From Bdellovibrionales bacterium (GTDB lineage: Bacteria > Bdellovibrionota > Bdellovibrionia > Bdellovibrionales > UBA1609), in NCBI GenBank assembly GCA_050246815.1, contig JBFWVI010000049.1:1-20451 (forward strand): 20,451 bases of DNA. The letters run 5' to 3'. The position numbers and the translations under genes are program-made. Below are positions 15,069 through 20,451 of this stretch, piece after piece. Below the pieces are notes generated by a model that saw nothing but the letters and a program-made list of their open reading frames with translations, had not been told where the DNA came from and ran no database searches. Each line of letters starts with the position of its first letter. Position 1 is the first letter of the stretch.

Positions 15069-15449
15069 TTACTTTCTGCGCAGCAGAAGCCTAATCGTGG
15101 GACTGTATTCCTTTGAGAAGAAGGCCAGATAAATTTGGATGATCCCAAGCCCCAGCGCCATGGGCAAACCATCGGGCATCAAAAACGCATGGATCAAGAA
15201 GATATTCAACACAACCGGAGCTAACACCACCAGCGCCAGCGGCACAAACATTCCGCTGAGCAGCATTAATCCGCACATAATCTCGGTGCCCTTAAGCAGA
15301 TAAAAAAAGTATTGCGTGGCAGCCATGCCTTTAAAGAAATCAGCGATCGGACCTTCCAGCGGCGGTGGAGGAGTGAAGAAAAAGGCGATTCCAGATCCAA
15401 CAAAGATTAAACCCATCAATAAGCGCGCGGCAATCGTGACTTTGCTCAT
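15069..15449 (-). CDS. DoxX family membrane protein (126 aa)
   Basis: ARLLMGLIFV.SG...EIMCGLMLLSG.FVPLALVVLAPV..NI...H. GGAGGA SD before ATG 15449. Confidence 0.9.
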   Translation of the reverse strand: MSKVTIAARLLMGLIFVGSGIAFFFTPPPPLEGPIADFFKGMAATQYFFYLLKGTEIMCGLMLLSGMFVPLALVVLAPVVLNIFLIHAFLMPDGLPMALGLGIIQIYLAFFSKEYSPTIRLLLRRK

Positions 15450-15604
15450 AAACAATTCCTCCGTCTGAACAAAGGATGGCAAAAGACAAAGAGAATGTAC
15501 AGCGGCCTTTATGGTTGCAATGCAAGTGGGTGGCAGTCTAAACCATAAAGTACGCCGACTTTTTGTATTGATCTGCAGCTAAATTGCTTTGGGGAAGTCC
15601 TTTA

Positions 15605-16342
15605 ATGATAGAAGTTCGCCGAGTTAGCAAATATTTCGGAAAAACAAAGGTGCTCAGTGACTTTTCATTCAGTGTGCCAGACGGACAAACCTACGCTCTG
15701 CTGGGGCTGAGTGGATCGGGCAAAACGACGGCACTCAAACTTGTTTGTGGTCTGCACCAGCCAGAAGTCGGTGAGATTCAAGTTCAAGGAATCCCCGTTC
15801 AAAAGACACGTTTAGCAGAGGTGCGCGCCAAACTTGGCTATGTGATTCAAGATGGTGGGCTTTTCCCGCACATGACGGCCTACGAGAATTTGTCCCTGGT
15901 GGGTGAGGAGGGCGGGTGGACCGCTGCGGATATTAAGGCACGGGTTGAAGAGTTGGCGGCGTTGACAAAAATATCTTCGAAGCTATTGCGGCTGTATCCA
16001 GGGCAACTTTCTGGAGGGCAAAGGCAGAGGGTCGGAGTGATGCGAGCCCTTTTTCGTGAGCCGCCGATACTGCTTTTAGATGAGCCGTTTGGGGCGCTGG
16101 ACCCCATTACGCGCAGGGAACTGCAGATGGAGTTTAAGGCCTTGTGTAAAAATCTGAGCAAGACTGTGTTGTTGGTAACACATGATTTGTATGAGGCGGC
16201 CTTTCTTGCGGATCGTATTCTGCTTTTAAATCAGGGCTTTATTGTGCAGCAAGGATCTTTAGTGGATCTGGTGAGCAAGCCAGCTGATGAATTTGTGCGC
16301 CGCTTTGTTGAGTCTCATAAGCATCATGTGGAGATTGAATGA
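15605..16342 (+). CDS. ABC transporter ATP-binding protein, osmoprotectant (OpuBA/OsmV-like) type
   Basis: Walker A GLSGSGKTT, GYVIQDGGLFPH, LSGGQRQR, LLLDEPFGALDPITR and VTHD. Confidence 0.95.
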   Translation: MIEVRRVSKYFGKTKVLSDFSFSVPDGQTYALLGLSGSGKTTALKLVCGLHQPEVGEIQVQGIPVQKTRLAEVRAKLGYVIQDGGLFPHMTAYENLSLVGEEGGWTAADIKARVEELAALTKISSKLLRLYPGQLSGGQRQRVGVMRALFREPPILLLDEPFGALDPITRRELQMEFKALCKNLSKTVLLVTHDLYEAAFLADRILLLNQGFIVQQGSLVDLVSKPADEFVRRFVESHKHHVEIE

Positions 16343-17835
16343 TTGCGACCATTCTGGCGCTTTGCTTAAGCGCTTCTTATGCGGAAAGTAAACCTGTTGT
16401 TGTGGGGTCGAAGAAATTTACGGAATCCGTGCTATTGGCGGAAATCGCGCGTCTTTCTCTTTTGCATGAAGGTTTAGCGGCCCTGCACAACAAAGAGCTC
16501 GGAGGCACGCGTATTCTATGGAATGCCCTGCTGAATGGAGATGTCGATGCATACGTCGAGTACACGGGCACGTTGGCCGATGAAATTCTTCGCGAAAAAA
16601 ATACGGGCTTTGATGAATTGAAAACCAAATTGGCAAAGCTCGGGGTCGGCGTTCTTCCTCCGCTTGGCTTTAATAACACATATGCGGTTGGAATGCGGCG
16701 TTCGGTGGCCGAACAGCTAAAAATTAAAAAAATCTCAGATCTGGCGAACCACCCTAATCTGAAGATTGGTTGGGGCGATGAGTTTCGCCTGCGAAATGAC
16801 GGCTGGCCTGGGCTTAAAAAGAGGTACGATTTGCCTCACCAATTCGTGCGCGGCATGGATCACGACATCGCTTATCGTGCGCTTGAAAGCGGTGACATTC
16901 AAGTGACGGACTTGTACTCCACCGATGCTGAAATCGCATATTATGATTTATTGATTCTTGAAGATGATCTTAAATTTTTTCCAAGATATGAAGCTGTATT
17001 TCTTTACCGAATGGACCTGGCGCAGTCCAACGCTCAATTTTTTAAAGCCTTGAATCGCATGAGTGGCAAAATATCGGACGCGACCATGATCGCGATGAAT
17101 CGGCGGGCCAAAGTTGAAAAAATTCCTGCCGGTGTGATCGCGGCAGAATTTCTGAATAAGAAATTCGGATTGGCGACTGAGCATCGAGTTGTCTCGCGCA
17201 GTGAACGCATATTCGTTCGCTCCAAAGAGCACGTCGCACTTGTTTTTGTATCTCTCTTCTTCGCTATTCTTGCGGCCATTCCACTTGGAATTTTAGCCGA
17301 AAAGATTCCTGGCCTTGGCCGAGGTATTCTGTTGATTGTTGGTATTATTCAAACAATACCGGCCTTGGCGTTACTAGTTGCCTTGATACGTCCGCTCAAT
17401 ATGATCGGTCTTCGCGGCATCGGCGATACGCCCGCGCTTATCGCACTTTTTTTGTATGGTCTGCTGCCAATTGTGCGCAGCACCCATACCGGCTTTCAGC
17501 AGATTTCTGCAACTTTTCGTGAGGCCGCAGCGGTCTTGTGTCTGCGCTTATCCACACGATTATTTCGGGTTGAAATCCCGCTGGCCTTGCCCATGATCCT
17601 CTCTGGTATAAAAACCTCGGCGGTCATGTGTGTTGGTTTTGCGACCTTAGGAGCTTTGGTTGGCGCAGGTGGATACGGACAGCCCATACTGGCCGGAATT
17701 CGACTGGATGACTACGGGCTCATCTTAGAGGGCGCTATCCCTGCGGCTGTCTTGGCGCTAGTTGTGCAGCAGTTTTTTGATTTTGTTGAGCGCCGATTGG
17801 TTTCTCCGGGCCTACGAAGTACCGGCAATAAGTAG
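16339..17835 (+). CDS. Fused substrate-binding/permease subunit of a betaine-type ABC transporter
   Basis: N-terminal binding domain (VGSKKFTES, YVEYTGT, GFNNTYA, R.DG, YSTD, FFPRY) and C-terminal permease (QTIPALALL, ALFLYGLLPI, EAA loop, GAGGYG). ATGA overlap with the ATPase gene. Confidence 0.94.
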   Translation: MIATILALCLSASYAESKPVVVGSKKFTESVLLAEIARLSLLHEGLAALHNKELGGTRILWNALLNGDVDAYVEYTGTLADEILREKNTGFDELKTKLAKLGVGVLPPLGFNNTYAVGMRRSVAEQLKIKKISDLANHPNLKIGWGDEFRLRNDGWPGLKKRYDLPHQFVRGMDHDIAYRALESGDIQVTDLYSTDAEIAYYDLLILEDDLKFFPRYEAVFLYRMDLAQSNAQFFKALNRMSGKISDATMIAMNRRAKVEKIPAGVIAAEFLNKKFGLATEHRVVSRSERIFVRSKEHVALVFVSLFFAILAAIPLGILAEKIPGLGRGILLIVGIIQTIPALALLVALIRPLNMIGLRGIGDTPALIALFLYGLLPIVRSTHTGFQQISATFREAAAVLCLRLSTRLFRVEIPLALPMILSGIKTSAVMCVGFATLGALVGAGGYGQPILAGIRLDDYGLILEGAIPAAVLALVVQQFFDFVERRLVSPGLRSTGNK

Positions 17836-17944
17836 AGTACAAAGACGAATTTCGGCATAAACACCAAGGACTAGATGTGCCTAGACAAACTGAAGTGCAC
17901 GGTGTGACACTCACTTTAGAGGGCGACAAGCTGGAGAATCCAAA

Positions 17945-18139
17945 ATGAACGAAGCGGACTTTGAAGGTACCCTGGTTTTAGAAAGATTGGCCGAGATCAA
18001 CAAGGTCGACGAGTTTTTTGAAGCCATTGACTCTGATGACTTCAACAGGGCCGCCGCGCTTATGCGCCGAGCGAGATTAGATTCCGAAACAATTGCCATG
18101 GTCCTTAAAAAAATGGGCAGTGCGGATGGCGCGCACTAA
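17945..18139 (+). CDS. Small acidic hypothetical protein (64 aa)
   Basis: GGAG SD and ATG start; helical acidic sequence DFEGTLVLERLAEI..VDEFFEAID.DD. Confidence 0.8.
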   Translation: MNEADFEGTLVLERLAEINKVDEFFEAIDSDDFNRAAALMRRARLDSETIAMVLKKMGSADGAH

Positions 18140-18184
18140 AGTTTGCCGCGCCATACAACGCCCTGCCTGTGAAGTGCCGTTAGA

Positions 18185-18616
18185 TCACTTCTCTTTCTTC
18201 TGAGTCTCGGTTTTTGTATTTTCCGGCAAAGGCGTTGTCGAGTTTGGTGCCTTCTTTGCGGAGCATTGAAATCCGGCCTCTTCAAGTTTTTGCTGAATTT
18301 TATCGCGTACGTTTTCGCAGTGCACCTTGGCCAGAGAAGAAGAGGCGACAGGGTCCGTGCTGCTATGATTGGAGTAATAAAGCAAACAACCTTTGGGCTG
18401 AGGATTTTCAATTCTTAGCGTACGAGATTCTTGGTTTCGACTGCAGGTGATCTCATCTTTTGTCGATTCCGCTTTAGCCTTATCTGGTAATGTCTGCGAA
18501 TTTGCCGATGGCGTGGACGCGGTCTGCTTGGGTGCGGCCGGTGAGTTTTTCTGTTTGCTAGAGCAGGCGACAATCATGACCGTGCATGCCCCAATTAGTA
18601 TAAAATTTATGCGCAT
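18185..18616 (-). CDS. Lipoprotein with a four-Cys C-terminal domain (143 aa)
   Basis: GGGAGG SD, ATG 18616, lipobox IVAC-SS, Pro/Ala/Ser/Thr linker, then C...RTL....GC...Y...C.....KL..AGF.C. Confidence 0.85.
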   Translation of the reverse strand: MRINFILIGACTVMIVACSSKQKNSPAAPKQTASTPSANSQTLPDKAKAESTKDEITCSRNQESRTLRIENPQPKGCLLYYSNHSSTDPVASSSLAKVHCENVRDKIQQKLEEAGFQCSAKKAPNSTTPLPENTKTETQKKEK

Positions 18617-19785
18617 TCTGAACCTCCCTTTTGTGTATTTGGTTTCTTTGTTTTGCTTTCTATCCATTTTGGTTTGTCGGTCCGTAACTCATCGATCAAC
18701 GCGTCCATAACAGGATGAAAGTTTTTACTCGATTGGCGATAAATGCTTCTTTGGCGATCCGCGCTTGACCCCTTCGCCATGATTTGTCTTAGAGTTTCCA
18801 TTTGCGGAGCATAATCATTAACCTCGATCAGAGGAGAAAGATCTTTTAGGACTTTATCTAAGTACTCCGCCATTTTTTTTGTTTCTCCTGCTGTATCGAC
18901 GATCAAATCTGCGTCAATGCCTTTGTTCATGGCACGCCATTTGTTTTCGCGTAGCAGCCAAAATGGAGGCGGATAAGAGTCACCCTTAAGGGCGAGATTT
19001 TGATCAATTTTCTGGCAAAGCAGGTGAACTAAAGCGACAATGGCTTCGGTTTCTTGAATTGTCGCAGGTGAGTCACAAACCCTGATTTCAATTGTGCCCA
19101 AGCTTGGATTGGGGCGGATATCCCACCAAAGATCTTTAGGGCCGTCGATGGCGTGGGACTGTTTCAATTTTTCATACATTGTCAAAAAGTCTGACCAGCA
19201 TTCGAATGTGCAGGGCTGGCCAGCGGTTGGGATCGCTTCAAAAAAAGATGTTCTTGCTGAGGCAAGTTGCGTATCTTCAGAACGGCAAAACGGCGAACTG
19301 GCAGATAAAGACAAAAGTAAAGGCGTGTAATGAAGAAGAGAATTTGCGACCTGAATGCTATGTTGACCGCTACGCATACCAACATGGATGTGAAGGCCGA
19401 AAATAAGTAAACGTCTTGTCAGCCATTGATTTTTTTTGAGCAATCTTCTGTACCTAGCATCCGGATACAAAATTTCGTTTTCGTATTGTGCATAGGGGTG
19501 TGTTCCGGCTGAAGCTAAAGACAAGTTCAATTTACTGCAGACAGTGTATAGTTTTGCCAGGGCTTCGCGAAAGTCGCCGCCAATCTGCTGAGCATTTTGA
19601 CATATGCCTGTCGTAATTTCGATCATGCTTTGATAAAGCTCCGCTTTCACGGAGTCGGTTGAACCCAGCAGCTGTAGCACTTTGGGTGAAGATGAGCTTA
19701 AATTATTGCTGCCACTTTCAAGCAATTGAAGTTCAAGCTCAGCACCTAGGGTGAGCGACGACGATGGCTCAAAGGGTAAGGGCAG
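18607..19785 (-). CDS. ybdK: YbdK-family carboxylate-amine ligase (glutamate-cysteine ligase GCS2)
   Basis: TLGAELELQL, SMIEITTG, AGTHP, FGLHIHVG, LSASSPF, WWDIRP, GTIEIRVCD and ENKWRA. Start placed at CTG 19785 from the SD and the family N-terminus; the ORF track extends to TTG 19878. Confidence 0.92.
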   Translation of the reverse strand: MPLPFEPSSSLTLGAELELQLLESGSNNLSSSSPKVLQLLGSTDSVKAELYQSMIEITTGICQNAQQIGGDFREALAKLYTVCSKLNLSLASAGTHPYAQYENEILYPDARYRRLLKKNQWLTRRLLIFGLHIHVGMRSGQHSIQVANSLLHYTPLLLSLSASSPFCRSEDTQLASARTSFFEAIPTAGQPCTFECWSDFLTMYEKLKQSHAIDGPKDLWWDIRPNPSLGTIEIRVCDSPATIQETEAIVALVHLLCQKIDQNLALKGDSYPPPFWLLRENKWRAMNKGIDADLIVDTAGETKKMAEYLDKVLKDLSPLIEVNDYAPQMETLRQIMAKGSSADRQRSIYRQSSKNFHPVMDALIDELRTDKPKWIESKTKKPNTQKGGSECA

Positions 19786-20047
19786 AAATCCTCCTGCAAT
19801 CAAGCGTGCGCCTAAGTATCTTAGGTCACATGGCGTAAAATCATGAATAGCGGCCTTCAAATAGAATGAAGCACCCAAGTCGTCGTCGCAACGCGGACTT
19901 ATTCTGCGTATTAGTATGGTGCCGCCCGGGTTATTGTTGTAATATCAACGCCTTATGACGAAAATTAAGTCGGAGATAAATTTAAATTTATCCTCAGTTC
20001 AGATAATTCAGGATGTGTTTTCTCCTATCATTTCTGTATTACCTAAA

Positions 20048-20451
20048 ATGAAGCAGAGAGGGGAAGCCGGCGAGGTGTCATCACTGCGGGTTCTTATAGT
20101 CGAGGATGAGGCCAAGTTGCTAAATCACTTAGAAAGAATGATTCGCAATGAAGGCTTTTCAACCTTCACCTGCACTTCATTTTCAGCTCTGGAATTGCTT
20201 TTGAATATTTCCGTGAAAAGGTTTGATGTCGTGGTGCTCGATCGCCTTTTGCACGGTCGAGACACGGCAACTTTAATAACTCAAATAAAGCACGCGCTGC
20301 CTGAAGCAAAAGTGCTGATTTTATCAGCCATTGATACGCCTGCCGAGAAGGCACAGCTTCTTGATTTGGGAGCCGATGATTATGTGGCCAAGCCATTCGA
20401 CAGCGACGAATTAATCGCTCGTATCCGGGTGCTGCTTCGCAGGGCGACACC
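20048..20451 (+). CDS. Response regulator, OmpR-type receiver domain (partial, runs off the window)
   Basis: Absent from the ORF track because it has no stop. Reads RVLIVEDE...FDVVVLDRLL...VLILSA...LDLGADDYVAKPF..DELIARIRVLLRR. Start is ATG 20048 or GTG 20075. Confidence 0.93.
   Translation, partial: MKQRGEAGEVSSLRVLIVEDEAKLLNHLERMIRNEGFSTFTCTSFSALELLLNISVKRFDVVVLDRLLHGRDTATLITQIKHALPEAKVLILSAIDTPAEKAQLLDLGADDYVAKPFDSDELIARIRVLLRRAT

Noticed and set aside
18617..18667. Upstream ATG for the lipoprotein
   Set aside because: The SD and lipoprotein signal fit ATG 18616; the extension would overlap ybdK further.
20166..20450. 94-aa minus-strand ORF
   Set aside because: Antisense to the clear response-regulator frame on the plus strand.

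Overview
Bacterial accessory region rich in stress and redox genes. Gene content and style suggest a Bdellovibrionota/deltaproteobacteria-like host (inference only). From left to right: (i) a short IS3-family transposase remnant at the left edge, overlapping the stop codon of a secreted hypothetical protein; (ii) a stress locus with Hsp20 and its terminator, then a separate promoter, an 11-codon leader ORF with a perfect Shine-Dalgarno, three tandem divergent HPF/RaiA-like proteins and an OB-fold-like gene containing a G13 tract, with two small genes transcribed divergently; (iii) a patchwork of small genes (CxxC membrane protein, DUF1428, papain/NlpC-P60-like protein, SRPBCC-ArsR pair with a double operator); (iv) a sulfide/peroxide module (TlpA, small membrane protein, sulfide:quinone oxidoreductase, di-heme cytochrome c peroxidase, SqrR/BigR-like ArsR, 12-4-12 palindromic operator, divergent DUF3365/Tll0287-like heme protein); (v) VOC/PhnB, a membrane protein, HMA plus a Met/Cys-rich secreted protein, DoxX, an osmoprotectant-type ABC transporter, a lipoprotein, a YbdK ligase with a probable CTG start, and an OmpR-type response regulator cut by the window edge. 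No rRNA, tRNA or CRISPR array was seen. The best candidates for an undescribed system are the leader-peptide/triple-HPF operon next to Hsp20 and the SQR-peroxidase-Tll0287 module. All family calls come from motif recognition by eye, not database searches.
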